This document shows positions 1 through 12,446 of a stretch of DNA of 64,000 nt, piece by piece. The notes under the pieces are model-generated. The model did no database searches. It saw only the letters and a list, made by a program, of their open reading frames with translations, and was not told the origin of the DNA. The first letter of the stretch is position 1; each line of letters starts with the position of its first letter. The stretch is from Mustelus asterias (Eukaryota), in contig NW_027590122.1 in the NCBI RefSeq assembly GCF_964213995.1, positions 1,922,001 to 1,986,000 on the forward strand, read 5' to 3'. The position numbers and the translations under genes are program-made.

Positions 1-582
1 TATGACTGTTGTTAATCACATCCAGACAGAAGCATGTTGATTTGGATAATTGGAGTTTGTTTTGCTGATGTTCAAAGCCCTATAACTTGGGTGGTGTTTA
101 ATGTTCAGGATAAATTTTAAACTTGTTTTAAACACATTGTAGATTTTTGTCTTTCCCACCTCCATGTTTAACATCACCAGGCTGGAACTCAGAAAGGATA
201 ATCTGCAGAAGGATCACACAGTAGGAACAGAACTTCAGCCTGGATACAATCCTTCAGGGTCACACTGAGAGGGACAAAGAGCACTTGGCTCTTTCACATC
301 GCTCTTCACTGACAGCAAAATCCCCATGTGGTTGAATCGTGAGGTGTGGAAGAAATGTGTCCCAGCTGCTCTCTTCCATGGCTCAGGGCTCCTAGACATG
401 GAACAGAAACTCCTTTACAACTAGGTTTAGAGTCAGGAAGAACAATGATGGATGCTGTAAATGTGCTGTCAAATCAGAGATTGGTGTGAAACTGGGATCT
501 GTTCCTGACTGAAAGTGAAATGCTATGTTTAAGTTTAAAAGATAACTTGGTAACCAGGGTTTCTCAATGACTTAGAAGAAGA

Positions 583-685
583 ATCTGAAGGAGAGTCAGA
601 CTGGCTTGTGTCCGTAACTCTGTTTCTTTGTCCACAGTTACTGCCAAACTTGCTGAGTTTTTCCAACATTTCCTGTTTTCATTTC
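583..685 (+). mobile_element. Degenerate Penelope-like terminal repeat fragment (family B)
   Basis: Resembles the ...CACAGATGCTGCCAGACCTGCTGAG-TTTTCCAGCA motif at 4320-4368, 38800-38930 and 51690-51780; the upstream hammerhead core is decayed. Confidence 0.5.
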
Positions 686-769
686 GCAATTACACACTTG
701 ACTGGTCAGCACAGGTTGACTTATTACAGAACTCCTTGCTTCTTCTGCTCTGACTAAGATCGCAAGACA

Positions 770-1506
770 CTACAAAGAGTTGGGAATGTAATCCAGTCCA
801 TGATGCAAATCAGCCTCCCATCCATTCACTCCATCTAAACTTCAAAGAACAAAGAAAAGTACAGCTCAGGAACAGGCCCTTTGGCCCTCCAAGCCTGTAC
901 CAATGATGATGCCCTAACTAAACTAAAAAATAAATTTCTGCCCATACTCAGTCGGTATCCTTCATTCCCTTCCTATTCATGTACCATCCAGATGCCACTT
1001 AAATGTTGCTAATGTGCCTGCTTCCACCACAACCTCTGGCAGCACGTTCCAAGCACCCACCACTCTCTGCGTTGAAAACGTTCCCCCTCTCACCTTGAGC
1101 CCGTGCCACCCTCAGAAAAAGCCTCAGACTATCCATCCTGTCTATGTCTCTCATAATTTTGCCATTGACTCAGGAAAGTAGCCAGCATAATCAAGGACGC
1201 AAAACACCCTGGAAATACTCTCTTCCACCTTCTTCCATTAGAAAAAAGATGCAAAGGTCTGCTAATATATCGCAATCAACAAGAACAGCTTCTTCCCTGC
1301 TGCCAACAGACTTTCGAATGGACCTACAATATATTAAGCTGATCTTTCTCGACAGCCTCTGTGTGACTGCAACACTATATTCTGCACCCTCTCCTTTCCT
1401 TCTCCCCTATGTACTCTATGAATAGCATATTTTGATTGTACAGCGCACAAGAAACAATACATTTCACTACATCCCAATACCTGTGACAAGAATAAATCAA
1501 ATCAAA
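770..1506 (+). mobile_element. Rex1/Babar-type LINE 3' end, interrupted by a CR1 3' fragment
   Basis: Decayed version of the HPGHSLFHLLPSGKRY...KNSFFP C-terminus, (CAAAT)n tail, homologous to 7600-7890 and 31110-31520. Confidence 0.7.
844..1163 (-). mobile_element. CR1 LINE 3' fragment nested in the Rex1 copy
   Basis: AAAGAACAAAGAA tail and CAGGCCCTTTGGCCC 3'UTR motif shared with the other CR1 copies. Confidence 0.75.
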
Positions 1507-1849
1507 TCCCTTGATCCTCTGAGACCTCTTCCTGTTGGCTTCCAGGACAACATTACACTGTCAGATAAAGTTAAGGGGCTTGGAGACAGGAACAAAATGA
1601 GGCCATGAATTGGAGTTGGGAAATTAAATCAGATTAGCATGATAAATTTTTTAAAAAGACAATTAATTAAAAAATTAATTATTACTTTTAATATATTAAT
1701 TTTGCACAGGATAGCTAATGAGTAGGAGTAGATAATGTTCATTTTATTTTTCAATAACTGTGACACTCGATATTTCATTCCATTGATGAAATAAATGCCA
1801 GGTTAACACGCACATGCTTGTTAAGCTCTGCACCCAGTGCCCACCTCCC

Positions 1850-2470
1850 TGAGCGGAGCATGCGCGGTGTGGTTGCAGGAGGCTGAGGGGACGAGTGCAG
1901 TCTTGGCAATGATGTGAAGATGCTTGTAGATGTGGAGACTCACCTGATGAAGGGGCGGTGCTCCGAATGCTCGTGATTCCAAATAAACCTGTTGGACTTT
2001 AAGCTGGTTGTGAGACTTCTTACTGAGTCTCAGCAACAGCGGATAAATAATTCTAAACTCACTGGATCAATGGCGGGGATGTTACCCAACCTGCCCCGCG
2101 GGAGAGAATGTCCCCGATCAGAGCAGGAGACCTGAACGCATGCGCAGTTCCTCGTTGTACTGAACATGCGCAGGCTGGACAGTGGATGAGAAGCTGGTTT
2201 GTCGAACGGCGGACGGTAAGAGGCGGCGGCGCGAGAAGAGGCGGAGGGTGAGGAGAGAGTTCATTAACACCCGGTGTAGGCCGCAAATCCCCAATAAAAT
2301 CGTGCAGCTCTCGCGTTTGCACCGAGGCTTTTCCTGGCAACAGGCCCGAGGTAACGGCCGCTATCTTGTTCTCGCGGGCTGCAGGGCGCAGGCGCGGCTA
2401 TCTGTGACGTCACAAAGGGCGGACGGGTTCTCAGGGTCCCCGTGACCAGGAGAGAAAATGTTTGACTCAA
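1850..2470 (+). promoter_or_regulatory. CpG-rich promoter/exon 1 of the 5.1 kb ZNF gene
   Basis: High CpG density, several GCATGCGC (NRF1-like) sites, perfect CRE palindrome TGTGACGTCACA at 2403-2414, and a CAGGGTCCCCGTGACCAGGAGAG motif shared with 22565-22593 and 51474-51500. Confidence 0.65.
1927..2025 (+). mobile_element. Penelope terminal-repeat fragment (family A) with mutated hammerhead at 1941-1975
   Basis: CAC-CTGATGA-A-GGGGC-GGT-GCTCC-GAAT-GCTC-GTG followed by CCAAATAAACCTGTTGGACTTT. Confidence 0.75.
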
Positions 2471-2549
2471 GAATTTTATTCTCAATCCGTTCACAGGAGC
2501 GAAGGAGGAAGCTGGAAGTGGAGGGTGGAGGGTGGAGATGCTGCAGCGG

Positions 2550-2960
2550 GTGTGAATACTCAATGAATGGGAGGATTCTAGGAAGTAGAGCAAAAAGACC
2601 TAAGGTTGCGTGTGCAAAGATCCTTGAAGGAAGCAGGACAGGTTGGTAAGGTGGTTACAAGGCATATGAGATAGTTACCTTTATCAGCCAAGGCATAGAA
2701 CAGAAGAGCAGGGACGTTATGATGGAACTGTATAAAATGCTCGGTTGGCCACAGCTAGTGTGCTGTGTGCAGTTCTGGTCACCACACTACAGGAAGGATG
2801 TGATTGCACTAGAGAGGATGCAGAGGAGATTCACCAGGATGTTGCCTGCGTTGGAGCATTTCAACTATGGAGAGAAGCTGGCTATGCTGGGATTGTTGTT
2901 CTTAGAACAGTGAAGGCTGATGGGACAAGATTGAAGTCTTTAAAATTATGAGGGATATAG
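2550..2960 (+). mobile_element. CR1 LINE ORF2 3' fragment
   Basis: ORF 2719-2913 CVQFWSPHYRKDV..ERMQRRFTRMLP matches the 60918-63737 ORF2 C-terminus. Confidence 0.9.
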
Positions 2961-2964
2961 TGAG

Positions 2965-3885
2965 GATAGAGTCATAGAGGTTTGCAGCATGGAAACAGGT
3001 CCTCCAGCCCAACTTGCCCATGCTGCCCCTTTTTTAACCCCTAAGCTAGTCCCAATTGCCTGCATTTGGCCCATACCCCTCTACCCATCTCGCCCATGTA
3101 ACTGTCTAAACACTTTTTAAAAGACAAGAATGTACCTGCCTCTACTACTGCATCTAGCAGCTCGTTCCGGACACTCTCCACCCTCTGTGAAAAAAATTGC
3201 CGCTCTGGACCCTTTTGTATCTCTCACCTTAAACCTGTGCTCTCTAATTTTATACATCCTTACCTTTGGTAAAATATATTGACTATCTAGCTGATCTGTG
3301 CCTCTCATTATTTTATAGACCCCTATAAGGTCACCCCTAAGCCTCCTACGCTCCAGAGAAAAATGTCCCAGTCTATCCAGCCTCTTCTTATAACTCAAAC
3401 CACCAAGTCCTGGGAGCATCCTAGTAAATCTGTTCTGCACTCTTTCTAGTTTAATAATATCCTTTCTATGGTAGGGTGACCAGAACTGTCCACAGTATTC
3501 CAAGTGTGGCCTTACCAATGTATTGTGTACAACTTCAACAAGACGTCCCAACTCCTGCATTCAATGTTCTGACCAATGAAAGCAAGCATGCCAAATGCCT
3601 TCTCCACCACTCTGTCTACCTGTGACTCCACTTTCAAGGAGCTATGAACATGTACCCCTCGATCTCTTTGTTCTGTAACTCTCCCCAACACCCTACCATT
3701 AACTGAGTAAGTCCTGCCCTGGTTCGATCTACCGAAATGCATCACCTCACATTTATCTAATTTAAACTCCATCTGCGATTCGTCAGCCCACTGACCCAAT
3801 TGATCAAGATCCTGTTGCAATCCTAGATAACCTTCTTCACTGTCCACTATACCACCAATCTTGGTGTCATCTGCAAACTTGGGAT
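2965..3885 (-). mobile_element. CR1 LINE 3' portion (frameshifted)
   Basis: ORFs 3512-3847 and 3117-3560 encode the RT C-terminus; 3'UTR and tail near 2965. Confidence 0.92.
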
Positions 3886-4368
3886 AAAAGCATCTTCATC
3901 TGTCACAGCTTACTCTCTGATTTCAGCTTCTTTGCCATTTGGCCATTTATACCTTTTATTCTCTCTATGGAACTGTCCTTAGCAGCCTTTTCCCCTTGTT
4001 TTTGTGGCTGTGACTCATCTTTCATTCTCTCACCCTACAGTATAAATATCTCTCACTTTCTATGCCTTTTAGGCATTGTAGGAAGTATCTCAACACCAGG
4101 TTAAAGTCCAATAGGTTTATTTGGATTTTATTTGAGTCCACTCACATGATGAAGGGGCAGTGCTCCGAAAACTCATGCTACCAAATAAACCTATTGGACT
4201 TTAACCTGGTGTTGTGAGACTTCTTACTGTGCCCACCCCAGTCTAACGCCGTCATCTCCACATTATGCCTTTTAGCTTTGACAAAGGGACATCTGGACTC
4301 AATGTCAGCTCTTTTCTGTCCTTACAGATGCTGCCAGACCCGCTGAGATTTTCCAGCATTTTCTCTTT
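3885..4368 (+). mobile_element. Penelope-like terminal repeat (family B) with a nested family-A palindromic element at about 4073-4263
   Basis: 12-bp duplication TATGCCTTTTAG at 4061-4072 and 4264-4275 flanks the nested element; hammerhead relics at 4143-4177 and 4273-4311. Confidence 0.7.
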
Positions 4369-4369
4369 T

Positions 4370-4695
4370 TGTTTAGGATAGACAGGAAGTTACTTTTCCC
4401 CTTAGAGGGGTCAAAAACCAGCTGGCATAGATTTGAATTAAGGGGCAGGAGATTTAGAGGGGATTTGAGAAAATACTTTTTCACCCAGAGGGTGGTGGGA
4501 ATCTGGAACTCACGACCTCAAAGGGTGGTAAAGGTGAGAACTCTCAACATTTAAGAACCATTTAGATGAGTGTTTGAAATGCAATAGCATAGAAGGCTCT
4601 GGACCAAGTACAAGAAATGGGATGAGAATAGATATGTTTGATGGCCGGCACTGACACAATGGGCCTCTTTTTGTGCTGTAAAACTCTGTGACTAT
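4370..4695 (+). mobile_element. CR1 LINE 3' end
   Basis: FFTQRVVGIWNS motif and 3'UTR. Confidence 0.85.
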
Positions 4696-5115
4696 GATTT
4701 CAGGCCAGGAAGGAGCAAAAATGTGAAGGATGGGGATTTACAGCTTTGGTGCAATGAGGAAGGAAGAAATGTTCCATAGAAACTAGAATTGTCCTTTCTG
4801 AATTTCTGTCCTGTACTGACGGCAATGACTTTTGTAAAATACCTTTGTCTCAGAAAACAAAGGATTTCTAATTTCAATGTGACCGCCTCCTTCTGTGCTG
4901 TGACCTTTGTCTCTTTCTATTCTTTTATAAAAGGATCTGGAAGCACGCACACCCAAGCAAAAGTGTCCAGTGAACTGAATGTGGAAAGTGGTTTCTCTAG
5001 TTATACAGCCTGAAAAAATATAACACCGTTCATAGCGGGAAGAAACTATACATGTGTTCTGTGTGTGGACGTGTGTGTGTCATCCAACCTGGAGAGAGAC
5101 AGGGACACTGACACC

Positions 5116-5967
5116 ATGGAGAAACAGTGGAAATGTGGGGACTGTGGGAAACGATTCAATTTTCCATCCCGGCTGGAAATCCATCGACGCGTTCACAGTG
5201 GGGCTGGCACGATGGAAAAACTGTGGCAATGTGTGGAATGTGGGAAGGGATTCAATTATCCATCCCTGTTGGAAATTCACCAACGCAGTCACACTGGAGA
5301 GAGACCATGGAAATGTGAGGAATGTGGGAAAGGATTCAATTATCCATCCTTGTTGGAAAACCATCGATGCAGTCACACTGGGGAGCGGATTTGCAAATGT
5401 GAAGAATGTGGGAAAGGATTCAATTATCCATCCCTGCTAGAATACCATCGACGCAGTCACACTGGGGCAGGGGCCATGGAGAAACCGTGGAAATGTGAGG
5501 ATTGTGGCAAAGGATTCAATTTCCCATGCCTGCTGGAAATCCATCGACGCAGCCACACCGGGGAGAAGCCATTCTCCTGTTCTGTGTGTGGGAAGGGATT
5601 TACTAAGTCAACCAACTTACTGAGACACCAGCGAAATCACACTGAGGAGAAGCCCTTCAGCTGCACTTACTGTGAAAAGAGTTTCGGACAGTTATCCAAC
5701 CTCACTGCACACCAGCGGGTTCACACTGGGGAGAGACCATTCACCTGCTGTATGTGTGGTAAGGGATTCACTCAGTCAGCCAGCCTCATGTTACACCAGC
5801 GAATTCACACAGAGGAGAGGCCATTCAGCTGCACGCATTGTGGAAAGAGGTTCAGGCAATCTTCCGACCTCACTGCACACCAACGCACTCATACTGGGGA
5901 GCGACCATTCACCTGCTCTGTGTGTGGGAAGAGATTTACTCACTCAAGTGGCCTTTGGTCACACTAG
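5116..5967 (+). CDS. C2H2 zinc-finger protein, 9 complete fingers, truncated by TAG in finger 10
   Basis: ATG of MEKQWKC at 5116; repeated CxxC-x12-HxxxH with TGE(K/R)P linkers; premature TAG (likely from CAG) at 5965-5967. Confidence 0.75.
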   Translation: MEKQWKCGDCGKRFNFPSRLEIHRRVHSGAGTMEKLWQCVECGKGFNYPSLLEIHQRSHTGERPWKCEECGKGFNYPSLLENHRCSHTGERICKCEECGKGFNYPSLLEYHRRSHTGAGAMEKPWKCEDCGKGFNFPCLLEIHRRSHTGEKPFSCSVCGKGFTKSTNLLRHQRNHTEEKPFSCTYCEKSFGQLSNLTAHQRVHTGERPFTCCMCGKGFTQSASLMLHQRIHTEERPFSCTHCGKRFRQSSDLTAHQRTHTGERPFTCSVCGKRFTHSSGLWSH

Positions 5968-6586
5968 CGAATTCACACCGAGGAGAAGCCATTCAGCTGC
6001 ACTTCCTGCGGTACGGCGGCACGGTAGCACAGTGGTTAGCACTGCTGCTTCACAGCTCCAGGATCCCGGGTTCGATTCCCGGCTCGGGTCACTGTCTGTG
6101 TGGAGTTTGCACATTCTCCTCGTGTCTGCGTGGGTTTCCTCCGGGTGCTCCGGTTTCCTCCCACAGTCCAAAGATGTGCGGGTTAGGTTGATTGGCCAGG
6201 TTAAAAATTGTCCCTTAGAGTCCTGGGATGCGTAGGTTAGAGGGATTAGTGGGTAAAATATGTGGGGGAAGGGCCTGGGTGGGATTGTGGTCGGTGCAGA
6301 CTCGATGGGCCGAATGGCCTCCTTCTGCACTGTAGGGTTTCTATGTTTCTATGTTTCCTGTGAAAAGAGGTTCAGACATTCTTCCGCCCTCACTGCACAC
6401 CGACGCACCCACACTGCGGATAGGCCATTCACCTGCTCCGAGTGTGGGAAGGGATTCTCTCAGTGCTCTCACCTGCAGACACACCAGAGAATTCACACTG
6501 GGGAGAGGCCGTTCACCTGCTGTGTGTGTGGAAAGGGCTTCACTCAGTCACAGCACCTGTTGACACATCAGCAAGTTCACAAGTGA
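5968..6586 (+). pseudogene. Detached 3' fingers (11-13) of the 5.1 kb ZNF gene, split by a SINE
   Basis: RIHTEEKPFSCTS continues after the stop; [14 protein letters not shown]...HQQVHK* resumes after the SINE. Confidence 0.85.
6013..6356 (+). mobile_element. HE1-like tRNA-derived SINE, full length
   Basis: A box (AGTGGTTAGC), B box (GGTTCGATTCC), central GGGTTTCCTCCGGGTGCTCCGG domain, CR1-like tail (TTTCTATG)n. Confidence 0.92.
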
Positions 6587-7199
6587 CAGCAGTTGTTGAA
6601 TTCTGTTATTGCTGCTGTTAATTTTGTCAAGGATTGATCATCTGAATATATCTGGTTTGTTTCTGCCGATTAAAGAATAACTGGCTGGAGTTTAATATTC
6701 TGGAGATGTTACTGATTCTCAGGAGTGCAGTTTTGGGTTTTGAAAGCACCCTCTGATCTCTCCTTCATCCAAGAACTCATGATAGGCACTCAATTACAAA
6801 ATTCTGAACTATTACTTCAATCCTAAATTGATCTGTGGTACAACATTGACAATTCAGTGTCTGAGAAGTTCCACTGATTAACATCTCCAATTAGAAAGTG
6901 CTGAGTAATCTTTGCTGATAATTCTTACTGGCTTGCACATTACACAGTGACACCTCCATTATGAAATTATCATGGAACATTAAACAGAATGGTGAAATAT
7001 TTTATACATCAATAAAAGAGGAAATCTGTGATGTGAATTGGACTATGAAGGGACAGACAGCACAATACCACAGCTAATGATCTACAGATTACCGAAATCT
7101 TCAAACATTATTTTGCTTCATTGTACTCTGGGAGAGAGAATAGATAAATAAAAAATTGAGTGATCAGATGAGTAATGAGAAGTTCATTTAAAATCAAGA

Positions 7200-7600
7200 A
7201 AGGATGTGTTGGATAAACTAATATAACTTAAAGGGGATGGATTAAATTCACATTTTAAAAGAATGTCGGGAAGAGATAGCAGAGGCAGTACTACTCATAA
7301 TTAATTCACAATGTGTAGTGCCAGAGGACTGGCAGAGAGCTAATCTGATTCTGACATTTCAGAAAGAGGACAGAACATGCTCAGGGAATGATAGCCTAGT
7401 CAGCCTCATGTCGATAAATAGAATCCCAAGTAAAGGACAGAACATACGAAAATCGAGAAATCAGTATGGATTTCAAAAGGGAACATTTCCCTGAACAATC
7501 TTATCGAATGTTTTGAGGAGGTAACAGAGAGAGTAGACAATGGCAATGAAGTTGATGTAATTTATCAGGATTTTCATTCGGCCATTCATAGGATTTCCCA
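7200..7600 (+). mobile_element. Degraded CR1 ORF2 internal fragment
   Basis: Decayed VPEDW, YRPVSL and CLTNLIEFFEEVT-like sequence. Confidence 0.65.
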
Positions 7601-7890
7601 CAAGGATCCCACGCACCGCAGACATTGTCTCTTCTGCCTCCTTCCACTTGGAAAAAGATACAAAAGTCCGAGGACACGGACCAACCGACTCAAGAACAGC
7701 TTCTTCCCTGTTGCTGTCAGACCTTTGAACGGACTTACCTCGCATTAAGTTGATCTTTCTCTACACCCTGGCTATGACTGTAACACTACATTCTGCACTC
7801 TCTCCTTCTCTATGAACGGTATGCTTTGTCTGTATAGCGCTCAACAAACAATACTTTTCAATGTATACGAATACATGTGACAAATCAAAA
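7600..7890 (+). mobile_element. Rex1/Babar-type LINE 3' end
   Basis: AAAAGATACAAAAGTCCGAGGACACGGACCAACCGACTCAAGAACAGCTTCTTCCC, homologous to 1163-1506. Confidence 0.75.
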
Positions 7891-8119
7891 GACAATCATC
7901 AGTAATAATTTTAAACATAAAGTTTGCAGTAGGGATTGAAGCGGGGACTTTCTCCTGTAAAGTTGCAGTGATAATGAGTGTCCTGGGGAAATGAGTGTGA
8001 ATCCCCCAGCCCCGGACACAGGGGAACTGACCATCCATCTCCAGCTCTAATTCCCAAACACAAAATGCTGCCGATAATCAGCAAGTCAGCCTGAGGCTGT
8101 GGCCCCTCCCACCATCTGA

Positions 8120-8410
8120 AACCGTCACAATGCCTGGCTGATTGACGGCAGCTGCGGACCAATAGGAGGAGAGGGGGCGGGACTGGAGGACCGAGCGGGA
8201 GCGGCTGGTCCTCCAACCAATGGGAGTGAATGAGGGGCGGGGCTGACGCCCAGCATGCGCATGCGCAGTCCGGGTAATGCCGGCGGATAGTTTTTTTCTG
8301 GGACCCAGGTTCGGTGAGGGAATGGGCTGTGCCGAGGGAGCGATGGATCAGGCTGGTGAGCAGGGAGGTTTCGCAAATATGTTGTGCAAACCGCAACCTC
8401 TCAAAAAGAT
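8120..8410. promoter_or_regulatory. CCAAT/GC-box/NRF1 promoter module
   Basis: Two CCAAT boxes, two GGGCGG boxes and GCATGCGCATGCGCA; paralogous to 26960-27250, 32270-32460, 40225-40370 and 60650-60790. Confidence 0.7.
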
Positions 8411-8434
8411 TTTACCCCGTTTGCATCATGGATC

Positions 8435-9390
8435 TATCTCACTGCCAGAAAGGGTGGTAGAGGCGGAAACGTTTACAACATTTAAGAAGCATTTAGATGA
8501 GCATTTGAAACGCCATAGCGGACAAGGCTATGGATGAAGTGCTGGAGAGTGGGATTAGAATAGATGCAGGGTGGCTGGTGGAGACATGATGGGCCGAGTG
8601 GCCTCTTTGGGCTGGAAAACTCCATCATTCTTCAGAATATAATTTCTGGACTCGTGCTGGAAGTCATAAAGTGCATCAAGGTCGATAAATCCCCGGGACC
8701 TGATGAAGTGTATCCCAGGACATTGTGGGAGGGTAGGGAGGAAATTGCGGCTCCCTGAGCAAAGATATTTGAGTCATCGATAGCAGGTGAAGTGCCTGAA
8801 GATTGGAGGGTGGCAGATGTTGTGGCTTTGTTTAAGAAGGGCTGCAGGGAAAAGCCTGGGAACTACAGTCCGGTGAACCTAATGTCTGTCGTGGGTAAGT
8901 TGTGAGAAGATATTCTGAGAGACAGGATCTACAAGCATTTAGAGAGGCAAGGACTGATTAGGGACAGTCAGCATGGCTTTGTGAGTGGAAAATCATGTCT
9001 CACAAATTTGTTTGAGTTTTTTTTTTAAGGGATAACCAAGAAGTTGGATGAGGGCACTGTAGTTAATGTTGCCTACAAGGACTTTAGCAAGGCCTTTGAT
9101 GAGGTACCGCATGGTAGGTTGTTGCACAAGATTAAATCTCATGGGATCCAGGGTAAGGTAGCCAAATGGATACAAAATTGGCTTCATGACAGAGGGTGGT
9201 TGTAGAGGGTTGTTCTTCAAACTGGAGGCCTGTGACCAGTGGTGTGCCTCAGCGATCGGTGTGGGTTCACAGTTTCTTATTAGTTATATTAATGATTTGG
9301 ATGAGAATTTAGGAGGCATGGTTAGTTAGTTTGCAGATGACACCAATCTTCTGGCCTGTTTCCATACTGTAAACCTCTGCGACTCTATGG
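8435..9390 (+). mobile_element. CR1 fragments (3' end about 8435-8620; ORF2 RT part about 8660-9390)
   Basis: DKSPGPD..YPRTLWE, QHGFV and FADD-like relics. Confidence 0.85.
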
Positions 9391-9799
9391 AATGATCATG
9401 ATGTTTTTGTATACTTCTTTTACAGGATATTAGAAGAGGATTTGCAGAGAGGAATCTCAAACCAAACCTCATTAAATTCTGACAGCATGCCTCAACTCAT
9501 CAGGACCTGAATATCATTGATCTTTGCGGGTAAGCATTGAGTTCCAGGTCATTATCACTCACTGTGTAAAATTTCGGCATCATATCGCCACTATTGATCT
9601 TGCTCAAAATCTTAAATCTGTGTCTCAAGTATTGTCCATCCTCAGTTAGTTGTGGAGAAATAACAATTTGTATGTATTTTGTATAAAAAAGTCAGGAGCT
9701 TTTTTAGGCCAGCGAACACAGGGCTGATGTGTAAACACTTGGTGTGAATGGGCACACGGACAGCAGTGACTTGGATGACCTTAAGATGACGGGGAGGTT

Positions 9800-10340
9800 G
9801 AATGTGCGAGGCTGCTGGAAGTGCATTAGGAAAGTTAAGCCAAGAGGTAACAAAGGAATGGATGAGGGTCTCAAAGGCAGATGAGCTGAGACTTGGTCAG
9901 AGGTGGGTGATGTTACTGAGGTGGAAACATACAGTGGTGGTGATAATGTGGATATGTGATTGAAAGGTCAGTTTGGGATGAAATATTTCACCATTGTTCT
10001 GAATAATCTGGATCGGTCTCAGACAGTTTGCAGGGGGGAGAATGGAGTCAGTGGCAAGAGAGTGGAGTTTGTAACAGGAACTAAAGGAGATAGATGTATT
10101 TCTGATGGAACAAAAAGGCTTAATGGGATATGGTGAACAGGAGGGGAGGTGGATTTGAGACTAGGGAGACATCAGCCATGATCTGATTGAATGGCGGAGC
10201 AGCTTGAAGGGCTGAATTTGCCGACTTCTGCTCCGAACCCTACGTTCCAAAAACAAAGGCTTTCAATTCACAACATTTCAGTGAAGGAATTTTCAAGTTT
10301 TCAGCACTGGATGTCAAGTCAGGACAATGTATGAAATGGA
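9800..10340 (-). mobile_element. Degraded L2-type LINE fragment with a small CR1 3' insert
   Basis: Homologous to 27560-28735 in the paralogous unit. Confidence 0.5.
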
Positions 10341-10734
10341 GGGGAACTTGGAGATGATGATGTTCACATACAGCTGCTATCCTTGCTCAATGGTGGTGGT
10401 TGAGGGTTTAGGAGGTTCTGTGTAAGTTCCGGCTGAGTTGTAAATATATAACATTCCTCTCCTTCACCCCTTGCCTCTTCCCCCTTCTGTCTCTCTCTCT
10501 CCTGCTATGGAGACAAGAGTCTTGCACAGATCCAGACCGGGCGGCAGGTTCCCTTCCCTGAAGGACATTGGTGAGTCAGTTGGTGTTTTATGACAATCCA
10601 GCTGTTTCATTGTCACTTGGTCCTAGTGCCGGCCCCACAAATTACCAGATTCATTCAGCTCAATTTCACAACCTGCCTTTGTGTTTTTGTGGGTTCTCTC
10701 TCACTCCTCTTTTTGTGTTTAAATCAATTTCATA

Positions 10735-10912
10735 GGTTTTTAGAAGAAAAGGATTTGAAGTCAGGAAACTAAAATCAAACATCACCCAATTTATCCTGCC
10801 CTGAATATGATCGAGTTTTGAACATAGGAGGAAAAAGCACTGTTCACAGTGGGGAGAAACCATACACGTTTCTGTGTGTGGACGAGGCTCCAGTCGATCA
10901 TCTGGTCTGTCA
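10735..10912 (+). pseudogene. 5' fragment of a ZNF paralog of the 29.2 kb gene, truncated by a CR1 3' end at about 10915-11110
   Basis: GGAAAAAGCACTGTTCACAGTGGGGAGAAACCATAC matches 29230-29265; ATG replaced by ATA. Confidence 0.75.
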
Positions 10913-11519
10913 ATTAATGGGTTGTTAATCTTTGCAGTTCTCTTGCCCAGAGACCAGTGGAGGCTGCATCATTAAATATAGGGTCAAGGGTTATGGGTGA
11001 CAGGAAGAAAATGAAGTCAGAATCACAATCAGATCAGCCACAATCTTATGAAATAGAACAGCAGAGTTGGTGAGCCAAATGGCCTACTCCTGCTCCTATT
11101 TCATAGGATCCTATTGTCACTTGGTCGAGAACAAGAGTGTCAAGTGTGCCCATCAGCATGCATTAGCACCGTGAAGAGAATTGGGAGGGTGAATACAGCA
11201 GAGTGAGAACGGAGGGAGTGGGGAGTTGGGGGGGATGGAGCAAGAGGTAGTAACTTACAGGTTTGGGGAACGAGAGCAGACAGAATGTTTCACAGCAACT
11301 AGAATTGTCTGTTCTGAGTTTCTGAGCTGTACAGACAGTGATGACATTTGTAAACTCCTTTTACAGGATACTAAAAGGAGAGGATTTGCCATCAGAAATC
11401 CCAAACTAAACTTCACATCAAGACCTGACAGAGTCACTCGATTCATTTGGACGCAGGAAACCATCACCCAGTTACCATCAGTGTGACTGCAAAAGCACCG
11501 AGACACAGACAGCCATATC

Positions 11520-12026
<507 letters not shown>

Positions 12027-12446
12027 TTTTAGGGGTTGGATTTTGCTGTTGTTGCTGCTGTTAATCACATCCAGGACTGAAGCATCTTCATTCTGACAGT
12101 TGATAAAGTGGGAGGGTCAAAGGGTTTCTTGCTGTTGGACTGATCGGTGTCTCAATTTTCATTCCAGTGGCTGATTCCCTTTAAGTGAGGGCACGTTTCC
12201 ACTGAAATTATCCACAAAAGCAGATGTACATTAATTTTATTCTGGATAGTAAATAGTCTTTTTCCTCCCACTACAAGTGCCTTGTCTTTCATCCATCCTC
12301 GTTCTGAGGGTTGGTCACACTCTGAATAATCTTTCTCCACTGATTTATCTGCTGCGTTCACTGTCTGTCCCATCGAGACGCCAGTCCACATTCTCATATT
12401 ATTCACCTGTGCCTTCTTGGATCTTCCTTGCACACATTTTCCAGGT

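Noticed and set aside
6013-6090. tRNA genes (also at 26270, 28120, 37295, 44040 and 46570)
   Set aside because: The A/B boxes are SINE heads continuing into SINE bodies; no complete cloverleaf
5672-6330. Recurrent ORFs such as MVSTAASQ...VWSLHIL and GGTVAQWLALL...
   Set aside because: Chance translations of the HE1-like SINE
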